Source: a virus | Virus record (IMG/VR): IMGVR_UViG_3300043399_000587 | Location: 32,001-96,000 of that record | Strand: one strand, 5' to 3' | Length of the DNA: 64,000 nucleotides | Part shown: one piece after another, positions 19,000-29,297 of the stretch | How the letters are laid out: each line of letters begins with the position of its first letter | Numbering within the stretch: the stretch's first letter is position 1 | Position numbers and translations under genes: made by a program | The notes under the pieces: generated by a model | What the model was told of the DNA's origin: nothing | Database searches by the model: none | The model's input: the letters and a program-made list of their open reading frames with translations, nothing else

Positions 19000-21723
19000 A
19001 TGGCGCAACAAAATATAGACTTCGGTACCTTTCCTGATGATCCAGATGCAGATGCGATACGAACGGCATTTCAGAAAGTACAACAAAACTTTACAGAAAT
19101 TTATAATGGTTTCGCCGGGGGATCCGTCGTATCTGTTAACAGGACTCCGGGCGCAGGCATAACGGTAAGTTCACCAACCGGTAACGTTATCATTACAGCA
19201 AATATAGCTTGTGTTCAAGTGCACACAAGTACGTTAAGTATTGGCCGTGATTCTAATGGATCACAAGATACATCTATTACTTCTAGCTCACAAACACTTT
19301 GGATAGATTTACCAGCTACAATTGCAAACGTCACAAATATTAATATAACCGGACAATTAGCCGCATCCGGTATTTCAGGGTACACCGGTGTATTAGGTAA
19401 TTTAACAGTTTCAGGTACTATTAATACAGGTAATCTAAGCGCCACAAGTAATATTAGTGGCGGTAGTGGAGTATTTGGTAATTTAACAATAACAGGTAAT
19501 GTAACATCATCTGGTAATCTTGTTGTAACAGGTGTTGCAAACTTAATCAACGCCAGCAACGTTTCATTAGGTGCTGTAGGTAACGTGCGTATTACTGGTG
19601 GTTCTGCCAATCAATTCTTAAAAACAAATGGTGCAGGTACTTTAGTTTGGGATGATCCAGGAAACTTTTCGGGATTTAGCGGATATAGTGGTTGGAGTGG
19701 TATATCGGGATTCACCGGCGTAAGTGGATTTAGTGGAACATCAGGAGTAAGTGGTTGGAGTGGTGCAAGTGGTAGGTCAGGATGGAGTGGCACTAGTGGT
19801 TGGAGTGGTACTTCAGGTATATCCGGATGGAGTGGTGTTACTGGTGTAAGTGGATTCAGCGGTACAACAGGTATATCAGGTACTACTGGTGTAAGTGGTT
19901 TTAGTGGCATAAGCGGATGGAGTGGTGTTACTGGTGTAAGTGGCTTTAGTGGCACAACTGGTGTTTCTGGAACTACCGGTGTAAGTGGCTTTAGTGGCAT
20001 AAGCGGATGGAGTGGTGTTACTGGTAGATCAGGATGGAGCGGTACTTCAGGATTCACCGGTGTAAGTGGATTTAGTGGCACTTCAGGATGGTCAGGTACC
20101 ACTGGTGTAAGTGGTTTAAGCGGCACATCGGGTATTAGTGGTTGGAGTGGTGTATCAGGTATCAGTGGAACTTCCGGTACCACAGGGGTGAGTGGATTTA
20201 GTGGTATATCAGGTACAAGTGGTATATCAGGTACATCTGGATTCACCGGGGTATCAGGTTGGAGCGGTATATCAGGTATATCAGGTACTACTGGAGTATC
20301 CGGAACTTCTGGCTGGAGCGGTATAAGTGGACAATCAGGCACATCAGGATGGTCAGGTGCTACAGGTATATCAGGATGGAGTGGTACAACTGGTATAAGT
20401 GGTACTACAGGTGTAAGTGGTAGATCAGGATGGAGTGGCTTTAGTGGCTTTAGTGGTATTAGCGGATTCAGTGGTATTAGCGGATTTAGTGGTATATCAG
20501 GAACAACAGGTATTAGTGGATTTAGTGGTACTAGTGGCCGTTCAGGATATTCAGGTCAGTCAGTATTACTTTCGGGCTCTGTTGCTAATTCAACCTTATT
20601 ACCAACAGGTACTCCGTCAGGTACGTTATATCTCGTATTAAATGCAGGTGGTGGATATAATGCAGGAGACGGAGCTATCTCAGATGGTGCAAATAACTGG
20701 ACTAACGTAGGACCTATTCAAGGGCCATCTGGATTTAGCGGAGCCTCAGGAAGTTCAGGTGTAAGCGGATGGTCGGGTACTAGTGGAACATCAGGTACTA
20801 CAGGCGTAAGTGGATTCAGTGGTACTTCAGGCACAACCGGTGTAAGTGGATTTAGTGGTAGATCAGGATTTAGCGGTTCAGGAGTAAGTGGTTGGAGTGG
20901 CTTTAGTGGTTGGAGTGGCAGTGGTATAAGTGGATTTAGTGGCACTTCAGGATGGTCAGGTACTACAGGCGTAAGTGGATTTAGTGGCACTTTAGGCACA
21001 ACCGGTGTAAGTGGATTTAGTGGTACTTCAGGTACTACTGGTGTAAGTGGCTTTAGTGGCACAACTGGTGTTTCTGGAACTACTGGTGTAAGTGGATTTA
21101 GTGGCACAACTGGTGTTTCTGGAACTACTGGTGTAAGTGGATTTAGTGGTTCAAGTGGTACTACAGGTGTAAGCGGATTTAGTGGTAGATCAGGATTTAG
21201 CGGTTCAGGAGTAAGTGGTTGGAGTGGCTTTAGTGGTTGGAGTGGCTGGTCTGGAACTAGTGGTGCTTCAGGAGCAAGCCCAACTAGTATAAGTAACGGT
21301 ACAAGTAATGTATCAGTCGCACTGAATAGTATTGTTACCGTTGGTATTAGTGGCATCGCTAATGTAACTTCATTTGGACCTAGTGGTTTAACGATTAACG
21401 AATATGTCATGTACTCTGTACAAACAGGTATATCAGCAGCAGGCACAACACAAGGCACAGCCACACCATTAGGAAACATAATGAATATTGTTAATACTGT
21501 ATCCTCAGGAGCCAATGGAGTTGTGTTGCCAGCAGCTTCAGCAGGTATGATACTATATATTACGAACTCTAGTGCCAACACATTAAATGTATTCCCTGCT
21601 AGCGGCGCAGCAATTAATTCTGGAGCAACTAATTCTGCCCTATCACAGGGTCCCGGCGCAACTCTACAATTTATAGCACCAACTACAACACAATGGTACT
21701 CAGTTGGTGCTACATATGCATAA
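19000..21723 (+). CDS. Collagen-like tail/capsid fibre protein with Gly-X-Ser/Thr repeats
   Basis: QNIDFGTFPDD..AD.IRTAFQKV N-terminus typical of fibre/baseplate attachment; long Gly-every-third-residue tract. Confidence 0.75.
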   Translation: MAQQNIDFGTFPDDPDADAIRTAFQKVQQNFTEIYNGFAGGSVVSVNRTPGAGITVSSPTGNVIITANIACVQVHTSTLSIGRDSNGSQDTSITSSSQTLWIDLPATIANVTNINITGQLAASGISGYTGVLGNLTVSGTINTGNLSATSNISGGSGVFGNLTITGNVTSSGNLVVTGVANLINASNVSLGAVGNVRITGGSANQFLKTNGAGTLVWDDPGNFSGFSGYSGWSGISGFTGVSGFSGTSGVSGWSGASGRSGWSGTSGWSGTSGISGWSGVTGVSGFSGTTGISGTTGVSGFSGISGWSGVTGVSGFSGTTGVSGTTGVSGFSGISGWSGVTGRSGWSGTSGFTGVSGFSGTSGWSGTTGVSGLSGTSGISGWSGVSGISGTSGTTGVSGFSGISGTSGISGTSGFTGVSGWSGISGISGTTGVSGTSGWSGISGQSGTSGWSGATGISGWSGTTGISGTTGVSGRSGWSGFSGFSGISGFSGISGFSGISGTTGISGFSGTSGRSGYSGQSVLLSGSVANSTLLPTGTPSGTLYLVLNAGGGYNAGDGAISDGANNWTNVGPIQGPSGFSGASGSSGVSGWSGTSGTSGTTGVSGFSGTSGTTGVSGFSGRSGFSGSGVSGWSGFSGWSGSGISGFSGTSGWSGTTGVSGFSGTLGTTGVSGFSGTSGTTGVSGFSGTTGVSGTTGVSGFSGTTGVSGTTGVSGFSGSSGTTGVSGFSGRSGFSGSGVSGWSGFSGWSGWSGTSGASGASPTSISNGTSNVSVALNSIVTVGISGIANVTSFGPSGLTINEYVMYSVQTGISAAGTTQGTATPLGNIMNIVNTVSSGANGVVLPAASAGMILYITNSSANTLNVFPASGAAINSGATNSALSQGPGATLQFIAPTTTQWYSVGATYA
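19666..21275 (+). repeat. 9-bp-period coding repeat (G-X-S/T)n in two blocks
   Basis: Repeated agtggt/tcagga/ggattt units; non-repeat spacer at ~20560-20720. Confidence 0.9.
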
Positions 21724-21735
21724 GAAAGGTGATAT

Positions 21736-22359
21736 ATGGTAACATTAGAATTATTACAAACAATATGCCCTAAAACTAAGAAAACAATCTTAGAAGGGTA
21801 TGTAGAACCATTAAACACAGTGGGACGATATTATGAAATGTTTGACAATCCTAAACGAATTGCAGGTTTTTTGGCACAAATAGCACATGAGTCAGGTGGT
21901 TTCAACGCAACTATCGAAAATTTAAATTACAGTGCTAAAGGACTAATGACGACATTTAGAAAATATTTCCCTACAGAAGAACTAGCAAAACAGTATGAGC
22001 GTAAACCGCAAATGATTGCTAATCGAGTATACGCAAACCGTATGAAAAACGGAGATGAAGCTAGCGGAGATGGGTGGAAGTTTCGTGGTCGAGGATTAAT
22101 ACAATTGACCGGGCGTGATAATTATACAAAATTTGCTGCCTCACTTGATATGGATATAGAAAGTACTATTGCATATTTAGAAACACCAAACGGTGCAGTT
22201 GCAAGTGCTGGCTGGTTTTGGGACAACAACAAGTTAAACCAATACTGTGATCGTGATGATTTTGTAACATTAACAAAAAGAATTAATGGTGGTACAATTG
22301 GATTGGCAGACAGACAACATCATTATCATTTAGCATTGAAACATTTGGGCATACATTAA
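21736..22359 (+). CDS. Endolysin, glycoside hydrolase family 19 (chitinase-like)
   Basis: FLAQIAHESGG, ENLNYS, RGRGLIQLTGRDNY, TKRINGG. Confidence 0.92.
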   Translation: MVTLELLQTICPKTKKTILEGYVEPLNTVGRYYEMFDNPKRIAGFLAQIAHESGGFNATIENLNYSAKGLMTTFRKYFPTEELAKQYERKPQMIANRVYANRMKNGDEASGDGWKFRGRGLIQLTGRDNYTKFAASLDMDIESTIAYLETPNGAVASAGWFWDNNKLNQYCDRDDFVTLTKRINGGTIGLADRQHHYHLALKHLGIH

Positions 22360-22360
22360 C

Positions 22361-24874
22361 ATGGCGCAACCTATATGGAATACCCCTGCAGGTTCTATAG
22401 GCACCTTTCCATCAGAAGTGCCTGTGTTGTTTGCTTTATCTGCTACAGCAGTTTTACCGGCCGTATCACTAACATATGCTATTATTAGTGGTAATCTACC
22501 AGCCGGTTTACTAATGAATGAAAATGGTATTATAAATGGAACTCCTTTGTTAGTAACTGGGGAAACCAATTCAACGTTTGTGGTTCGTATTACTGATAAT
22601 TATGGTAACATACGGGATAGAACATTTAGTATGACTGTAACAGGGTATGCAATCCCTTCATTTACTACATCTCCGGGAACTATATTAAGTACAAACGATA
22701 GTGTTTGGGTGAGTACACAAATAGCATATGACAATCCTAGTCCTAATAATCCCGTTACTATAACAGTATTAGAAGGATCATTACCTCCTGGATTAGAAAT
22801 AAATGAAAATGGATTAATCAGAGGATATGCTGACCCACCTACAGTAACTGTAACAGTTCCTGCAGTATCTACTGCAGCTACTGTCACAGAAACAACCAAT
22901 ATTATAACTTGCTTAAGCACTACCGGGTTTACGGTAGGTCGTCCTGTTACATTTAGCGGTACTGTTATGTTTGGTGGATTAGAAGAAAATGTAACATATT
23001 ACATAAAATCTGTAATTAACAGCACTAGTTTTACGATAAGTTCTACCCCCAATGGTTCTACATTTATATTAAGCAGTGGTACTGGATTTATGACTATTAA
23101 TTTACCCGCAATTTCTACGGGTCAACCAACAATAAGAACGTATAATTTCACACTACAACTCAATAGCCCATTAGGAGGAGGAATCGGCACATATTCAATA
23201 ACCGTAATAAATCAAAATACTCCCGCAAGTCAAGGTGGACCTGGTTTTCCAGCAAATACTAGGGTACCCGCAATATTGAATACACGTCCTGAAACTTTTA
23301 CTATTAACAACGATAATTCATATTATGGATATTATGTGCTACCACCTAATGATAGTAATTATAACACATATCCACCATCAATTCCAGCATTCATAGGAAC
23401 AATTCAAAGTGATAATTATTTTGCTTTTAAAATAATAGGTAAAGATTTTGACAATAACGGACTAACATATCAATATGCCGGACTGCCATTAGGTTTAACA
23501 GGTGATCCTTCGACAGGTTGGATAACTGGGACACCTTTTATATCTACTGAAGGTATAAATCAATATTCGTTCAGTGCATCAGTGTATAAAACTGCTAACC
23601 CATCTATAGCATCTCCGTTTATCAATTTTTCATTTAATTTGGCTAATACCATTACAGGCTTAATCACTTGGGTTACCCCTAACAATTTAGGTACACTTTT
23701 CAACGGTACTATAAGTACTAAAAGCGTTTTAGCCACATCTGATGTTTCACTACGTTATAGGGTAACTAGTGGTTTATTACCTCCCAATTTAACATTGTTA
23801 GATAGTGGTGAAATAACAGGATATGTTGCCAATCAACCCACATCAGAGCTTTTACCGCTGAATGCAGAAACAACCTTCAAATTTACAATTCAAGCGTACT
23901 CTCCTGAGTATCCCATTATTGTTTCAGAAAAAGAATTTACACTTACTATAATTCAAGCCTATACACAACCAACTGACATTTTGTATATCAAAGCAACTCC
24001 TAGTATTGCTGATAGAGAAATTATTAATACTTTGTTAAATAACGAAACATTAATACCTTATAATTATCTATATAGACCAAACGATGTTTATTTCGGTAAA
24101 GCAACCGAAGTAATTTACGAACACGCATTTGGAATATATGCAAGTGATATTGATGAATATATCGCAGCAGTGACAAAAAATCATTACTGGAGAAATATTA
24201 CTTTAGGTGAGTTAAAAACAGCACAAGCAAGAGATGAAAATGGTCAAATTATCTATGAAGTTGTTTACAGTCAAGTAATTGACAATTTACAGAATCCCCA
24301 AGGAGTCAGTGTAGCTCAAGAAATCACTTGGCCAAGACCGATTAATTTGTTTTTAGGTCCATGGTATACGAGTGTAACCAATATCTATACAAGTTATGAA
24401 GACATATTAGGACAAGAATATTATACTAGTTTATCTTCTGGCTTTGTAAGACAACTATATCCTAACAGTCTATTCAATATGCGTAAAAGAGTAGGTCAAG
24501 TATTGGGGCAAGAGTTTGATAGTACACTATTACCAAAATGGATGACTAGCCAACAAGAAAACGGTAGTACCTTAGGATATACTCAGGCTTGGGTAATTTG
24601 TTATACTAAACCAGGATATGCGGAAATTATTAAAAACAACATAAACACATTATGGTTAAAACCAGAAGGTACACCGTATACACTCAATCAAATTAACTTT
24701 AAGATTGATAGGTTTTCAGTTAACAAGAGTATTACATATAACTATGATAAAAATACAAGTCCTCCTGCTTGGACAGGGTTACCTAGTGCTACACCCGTGC
24801 CAAATCCGTTAGATAGTAAAAATTTCTATGTACTGTTTCCTAGAAAAACTATTTTGCCCAATGAAACAGAATAA
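22361..24874 (+). CDS. Virion structural protein with putative Ig (He_PIG-like) domains
   Basis: Repeated G.LP.GL.L...G.I.G.P motifs. Confidence 0.7.
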   Translation: MAQPIWNTPAGSIGTFPSEVPVLFALSATAVLPAVSLTYAIISGNLPAGLLMNENGIINGTPLLVTGETNSTFVVRITDNYGNIRDRTFSMTVTGYAIPSFTTSPGTILSTNDSVWVSTQIAYDNPSPNNPVTITVLEGSLPPGLEINENGLIRGYADPPTVTVTVPAVSTAATVTETTNIITCLSTTGFTVGRPVTFSGTVMFGGLEENVTYYIKSVINSTSFTISSTPNGSTFILSSGTGFMTINLPAISTGQPTIRTYNFTLQLNSPLGGGIGTYSITVINQNTPASQGGPGFPANTRVPAILNTRPETFTINNDNSYYGYYVLPPNDSNYNTYPPSIPAFIGTIQSDNYFAFKIIGKDFDNNGLTYQYAGLPLGLTGDPSTGWITGTPFISTEGINQYSFSASVYKTANPSIASPFINFSFNLANTITGLITWVTPNNLGTLFNGTISTKSVLATSDVSLRYRVTSGLLPPNLTLLDSGEITGYVANQPTSELLPLNAETTFKFTIQAYSPEYPIIVSEKEFTLTIIQAYTQPTDILYIKATPSIADREIINTLLNNETLIPYNYLYRPNDVYFGKATEVIYEHAFGIYASDIDEYIAAVTKNHYWRNITLGELKTAQARDENGQIIYEVVYSQVIDNLQNPQGVSVAQEITWPRPINLFLGPWYTSVTNIYTSYEDILGQEYYTSLSSGFVRQLYPNSLFNMRKRVGQVLGQEFDSTLLPKWMTSQQENGSTLGYTQAWVICYTKPGYAEIIKNNINTLWLKPEGTPYTLNQINFKIDRFSVNKSITYNYDKNTSPPAWTGLPSATPVPNPLDSKNFYVLFPRKTILPNETE

Positions 24875-24898
24875 TAAATACTATATGGAAATTAATTT

Positions 24899-26182
24899 AT
24901 GAGCGCAATTAATACTAACGGAATAGATGTCAATTATCCTATCCCAGGACAAAATAACAGTTCGCAGGGATTTAGAGATAATTTTGCCAGTATAAAAACA
25001 AATTTGAATACTGCCGGCGACGAAATCTCTGACCTTCAAAATAAAGTAGTTGTCAAATCAGCACTAGATAACACAGTCATTAATAATGACATGGGAAATA
25101 CTTTAATTAGCAACTGTGCTACTAGAAGTTTCAGAGCAACAACATACAATCTTGGAAATGCACTTTCTGGCACTGTTGCGGTCGACGTAAGTTTAGGTGA
25201 TGTGCAATATGGCACTGTTGCGGGAAATGTTCAATTTACATTTGGTAATTGGGCACCTTACGGAACTCAAAGTAATGTCGAGTTACAGTTAGCAGTTAGT
25301 AATTCATCAGCAGTTGTTAGTTGGCCTGCAGAAGTTGTATCTTCCAATAATAATTTTGGATTGACCACTTTAGAAAATTATGGAGGATCAGCTGGGTCTG
25401 GTAATATAAGTGTACCATATGGTGTCACGCAACTAAATTATAGACTCAGTTCTACAGACTGTGGAAACACTATTATCATAGAGCCCATCAACAGGCCTAG
25501 ACAATCAACTCAACTACAACAACGCAATCCTGCTCCTACCGGCTATCAAGGTGATGTGGCAGGAACTGTAGCGTTAGGTGATACGTATGCTCAATTAGAT
25601 ATATCTAGTACAAATTCATCTGATTATTTTACTACAGGAAATACCTCACAGTTATACACTGATTTACCTATAGTATTTACAGGTGTGAGTATGGAAGCCA
25701 ACATTACTATTGGCACTACTTATTACGTTCGTAACGTGGTTTCTAGTACAAATTTTACAGTTTCATCTACCTTAGGCGGAGCCAACGTTAATTTAGCCGG
25801 CAATTCTAGCCCAACAAGTTCAATGTATGGAAATCCAGTATCATATGCGTATGTATGCACAGACACATATAACTCCACAGCATACAGTAAAACTGTTACT
25901 GATACTACAACAAGTACTAATGTAATAACCCTTAATAATACTACGAGTTTGACATTAAATTCTCCTATCGTATTTTCAGGAACTACGTTTGGTGGAATTG
26001 TTGCAGGGGTAGTTTATTACATAAAATCTATTCCAAGCGGTACTACAATAACTGTTAGTCGTTCTAGAACAAATGGTGTTGCAGATTCCACAGTACTCTT
26101 GACTACTGCTAGTGGTAGTTGTTCAGCTACATCATATGTTGGTTCGGACATATGGAAAAGACTAACACTAAATGCATGGTGA
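24899..26182 (+). CDS. Baseplate/tail-fibre-associated structural protein
   Basis: YPIPGQNNSSQGFRDNF N-terminus, beta-rich body, WKR..L..W C-terminus. Confidence 0.65.
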   Translation: MSAINTNGIDVNYPIPGQNNSSQGFRDNFASIKTNLNTAGDEISDLQNKVVVKSALDNTVINNDMGNTLISNCATRSFRATTYNLGNALSGTVAVDVSLGDVQYGTVAGNVQFTFGNWAPYGTQSNVELQLAVSNSSAVVSWPAEVVSSNNNFGLTTLENYGGSAGSGNISVPYGVTQLNYRLSSTDCGNTIIIEPINRPRQSTQLQQRNPAPTGYQGDVAGTVALGDTYAQLDISSTNSSDYFTTGNTSQLYTDLPIVFTGVSMEANITIGTTYYVRNVVSSTNFTVSSTLGGANVNLAGNSSPTSSMYGNPVSYAYVCTDTYNSTAYSKTVTDTTTSTNVITLNNTTSLTLNSPIVFSGTTFGGIVAGVVYYIKSIPSGTTITVSRSRTNGVADSTVLLTTASGSCSATSYVGSDIWKRLTLNAW

Positions 26183-26193
26183 TAAATATTTAG

Positions 26194-26424
26194 GTGCAAC
26201 ATCCATTTATATCAAACTTATCAGATAAGAGTTTAGAAGAACTTCAAAAAACTTTATCTGAACTTACAACCAAATTAAATTTTGCCTATCGTATGGGCAA
26301 TGGGCCTCTAATCCACCAAATCAATATGGTTATTGAAAGCTATAGGGACGCATATAACAAAAAAATGGATGAAATGGTTAAAGCACAAAAAATAAACACC
26401 AAAATAAACATAGACAAAAAATGA
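26194..26424 (+). CDS. Hypothetical protein
   Basis: GTG start 5 nt after TAAATA. Confidence 0.6.
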   Translation: MQHPFISNLSDKSLEELQKTLSELTTKLNFAYRMGNGPLIHQINMVIESYRDAYNKKMDEMVKAQKINTKINIDKK

Positions 26425-27011
26425 GTGCTAGGATCTCTAAAAAATTCTTTTTTCAAGCTGCCGTACATCACGAAAAAATATTTTTGATAAATGACTATGA
26501 AGTAGAATTGCATATGACAGTTCAAACAGATGATATGTATGAACAAAATATAGCAATGGATAGAATCAAATATCTATTTGAATTCAAATTTGACAATGCG
26601 TTATTTATAAATGCTAATGAACACAAGTCGTTGGATTTGTATTCAAAAGCAAATATCAGAGTATGTCCACTACCAGAAGATCCTTATGATCAAATCATAG
26701 GGATTCTTATTATGAATAAATGCAATGTCATTACTGAAAATAGATTAGCGATAACATCAGTACAAATTAAATCAAAACTATGTGATGATGTTATTTTTGA
26801 TATTTTTGCCGATGAGGAAACCGAGTTCCTACGACAAACAAACGTTTGGTGGAATGAAAATAATCTAAATATTGGAAATAAAACACATAAAAAAGAAAAA
26901 ATCGTAGAACTCAAAAAAGAACATAAGGATTGGAATAGTGTTGGATTGAGTTGGAAAAAAGAAAAAAAATGTGATACGGGAGAAATTCTTTTTATTCCTA
27001 TTGACAAATGA
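26421..27011 (+). CDS. Hypothetical protein
   Basis: ATGA overlap with upstream gene. Confidence 0.65.
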   Translation: MSARISKKFFFQAAVHHEKIFLINDYEVELHMTVQTDDMYEQNIAMDRIKYLFEFKFDNALFINANEHKSLDLYSKANIRVCPLPEDPYDQIIGILIMNKCNVITENRLAITSVQIKSKLCDDVIFDIFADEETEFLRQTNVWWNENNLNIGNKTHKKEKIVELKKEHKDWNSVGLSWKKEKKCDTGEILFIPIDK

Positions 27012-27029
27012 CAACGTTTGTACTATCAT
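27001..27029 (+). promoter_or_regulatory. Sigma70-type promoter
   Basis: TTGACA-17 nt-TATCAT; ATG at 27036. Confidence 0.7.
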
Positions 27030-27035
27030 GTCGTT

Positions 27036-27542
27036 ATGAAGATAGATAATTATGGACAACATATATATTCAGAAGACGACATCTGTGGACTTTATATGTC
27101 CGATACTAACATCAAACTTAAAAAGGTCATTGTTGACCGAGAGATAAAAATATCGGATATAATTGACACTAGTTCTCTCCCAAAATTTATATTGAATACC
27201 CATAATGGTTGTTCTATAAAAGAATTTGATAGCAATTTACAATCAAAATGGTTTTTGCCTGAATCTTACAAAAACTTTGATATTGCCAAATACATATTAG
27301 ACAAGTGCAACACTGATGCTGAACTGCAGCGCGCCGGAGAAGAACTTTTACTCTTTCAAGAAAGAGATATGTTTCCGTTACTAATATATTTAAAATTTTT
27401 GGTAGATACATTACGGAATAACAATATTGTTTGGGGTGTAGGAAGAGGAAGTTCTGTGGCGAGCTTTGTGCTTTTTCTTTTGGGAGTACATAAAATTAAT
27501 TCGTTGTATTATGATCTAAATATTGATGAATTCTTGAAATAA
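27036..27542 (+). CDS. Stand-alone fragment of DNA polymerase III alpha (DnaE-like)
   Basis: R..EEL, VWGVGRGSSVASFVLFLLGVHKIN..YDL....FL motif of family C polymerases. Confidence 0.75.
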   Translation: MKIDNYGQHIYSEDDICGLYMSDTNIKLKKVIVDREIKISDIIDTSSLPKFILNTHNGCSIKEFDSNLQSKWFLPESYKNFDIAKYILDKCNTDAELQRAGEELLLFQERDMFPLLIYLKFLVDTLRNNNIVWGVGRGSSVASFVLFLLGVHKINSLYYDLNIDEFLK

Positions 27543-27556
27543 TTAAGGAGAAGAAT

Positions 27557-27955
27557 ATGGGAAAATACCGCACTGCAATGGGCAGGACTGTAGATATGAC
27601 AGAACTTATGGCTAAGAATGAACGAACTAGAGCTGTAGGTAATATGAAGGTAAATGCACGTGGAGATACTATTGATGCTCACGGAAAAATTATAGAACCA
27701 ATAACAAGTAAAGTTAATAACCAATATGCAAAAACTGTCGGGAATAAAACAGCGCAACCTATTAAAGGTCAACGAGTAGTCAAACCACCTAGAAAAGGAA
27801 ATGATCCTTTACCTGAAGTGCAAAAACAAGCATCAGTAAAAACACCTACACCTGAACCAGAACTTACTAAATACGAACGTGAATTAGAAGAAGACATGCA
27901 GGATGATTTAGAAATAGAACAAATTAAAGCAAAGGGAAACAAAAATGGAATCTAA
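27557..27955 (+). CDS. Hypothetical protein
   Basis: Strong AAGGAG RBS; AVGNMKVNARGD motif. Confidence 0.7.
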   Translation: MGKYRTAMGRTVDMTELMAKNERTRAVGNMKVNARGDTIDAHGKIIEPITSKVNNQYAKTVGNKTAQPIKGQRVVKPPRKGNDPLPEVQKQASVKTPTPEPELTKYERELEEDMQDDLEIEQIKAKGNKNGI

Positions 27956-28310
27956 AGCAGCTTTTGCTCCTTATAAAATAAAAGGGTTACATCCATTACG
28001 TGATACTATCATTGTTTCTGATATGTTGTTTGATGAACGTATCAGCAGTGGCGGAATAGTTCTTATTAATGACGATATGAAAAGTTCTGGAATTCGTCCA
28101 CGTTGGGCAAAAGTATTTGCAGTAGGACCTGAACAAAAGGACGTAAAGGTAGGGCAATATATCCTAATTAGTCACGGTCGTTGGACTAGAGGCATTAGAA
28201 TAGAAGACGAACACGGTGAACACACAATACGTAAAGTTGACAACAATGATGTATTGATGGTAAGTGATGAACCTGTTAACGATCAAACAATGAGTGATAA
28301 AGTATATTAA
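27945..28310 (+). CDS. groES: Co-chaperonin GroES-like protein
   Basis: LHPLRDTIIV, SSGGIVL, V.AVGP, VKVGQ motifs. Confidence 0.8.
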   Translation: MESKAAFAPYKIKGLHPLRDTIIVSDMLFDERISSGGIVLINDDMKSSGIRPRWAKVFAVGPEQKDVKVGQYILISHGRWTRGIRIEDEHGEHTIRKVDNNDVLMVSDEPVNDQTMSDKVY

Positions 28311-28319
28311 GGTAAAAAA

Positions 28320-28610
28320 ATGAAATGGTTTAATAAATGGTTTGCTAAGAAATGCAAACAAGCATGGGAAGATTCACGTGCGGAGGAGCCAATTAGAGAT
28401 CCTTCTTCATCACTAGGTTCAACTAAGGTTATTCACAGCCATGGCATGAATTTTACAATCTATCGTGCAAACGGTGGTTATGTAATTGAGACTAGAACAT
28501 ATGATAAGAAGCGTGATTCTATTGATCACAATCTTCACATCATCACTGACGATAAAGAGTTAGGTGAGGAACTGGGTAAAATAATCGCATATCAATCATT
28601 AAGGAGTTAA
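28320..28610 (+). CDS. Hypothetical protein
   Basis: ORF in operon. Confidence 0.65.
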   Translation: MKWFNKWFAKKCKQAWEDSRAEEPIRDPSSSLGSTKVIHSHGMNFTIYRANGGYVIETRTYDKKRDSIDHNLHIITDDKELGEELGKIIAYQSLRS

Positions 28611-28613
28611 TAT

Positions 28614-29297
28614 ATGGAAGCAACAATCAACACATATCGAAGTGCAAGTGCCATTAACACTAGTATGGCAAGGGTGTATAAACATACCGGGCTAGCAATT
28701 TTAGTCAGTATGCTAGTTAGTTATTTTGTAGGTAATAGTCCAGAACTACTACGATTTTTCTTTACTGGTATTACTAAATGGATTGTAATTTTTGCCCCAT
28801 TAGTAGCAGTATTTGGAATTTCAATGGCATTGAATGCAAATCCTCCAAAGTCTATTGCGCAATTGATGTTATATGGATTTGCGGCACTTATGGGTTTAAG
28901 TTTTTCTACTATCTTTGCGGTATACCAACTAGGTAGTATTTTTACAGCATTTATGGGTGCAGCCGTTTTATTTGGCGTAATGAGCATTTACGGATACTTT
29001 ACTAAAACTAGTTTGGATAGTATTGGTAAATTCATGTTTGTAGGTCTTATTGCTATAATCATTGCAAGTATTATCAACATTTTTATCGGCAGTAGCGTAT
29101 TTGCTATGGTAATTAGCGCATTGGCTATTATCATTTTCTTGGGATTAACTGCATATGACACACAAAGGATTCGTGAAATGGTTAGTATAGATAGAGAATC
29201 CGGGTCAATTGAAATCCAAGGTGCCTTGTCATTGTATATTAATTTCATTAATATATTCCTATCTCTACTACAACTATTTGGTGATAAAAAAGAATGA
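28614..29297 (+). CDS. Bax inhibitor-1/YccA family membrane protein
   Basis: Seven hydrophobic segments; TAYDTQRI and GALSLY.NFINIF motifs. Confidence 0.9.
   Translation: MEATINTYRSASAINTSMARVYKHTGLAILVSMLVSYFVGNSPELLRFFFTGITKWIVIFAPLVAVFGISMALNANPPKSIAQLMLYGFAALMGLSFSTIFAVYQLGSIFTAFMGAAVLFGVMSIYGYFTKTSLDSIGKFMFVGLIAIIIASIINIFIGSSVFAMVISALAIIIFLGLTAYDTQRIREMVSIDRESGSIEIQGALSLYINFINIFLSLLQLFGDKKE

Noticed and set aside
19666-21275. Repeat tract as a CRISPR array or satellite
   Set aside because: 9-bp coding periodicity within an ORF; no constant repeat with unique spacers; no cas genes
19215-21818. Long Pro-rich antisense ORFs (19611-20342, 20718-21818, 19215-19610)
   Set aside because: Shadow frames of the Gly-X-Ser repeat (GGN read as Pro on the opposite strand); no RBS or promoter
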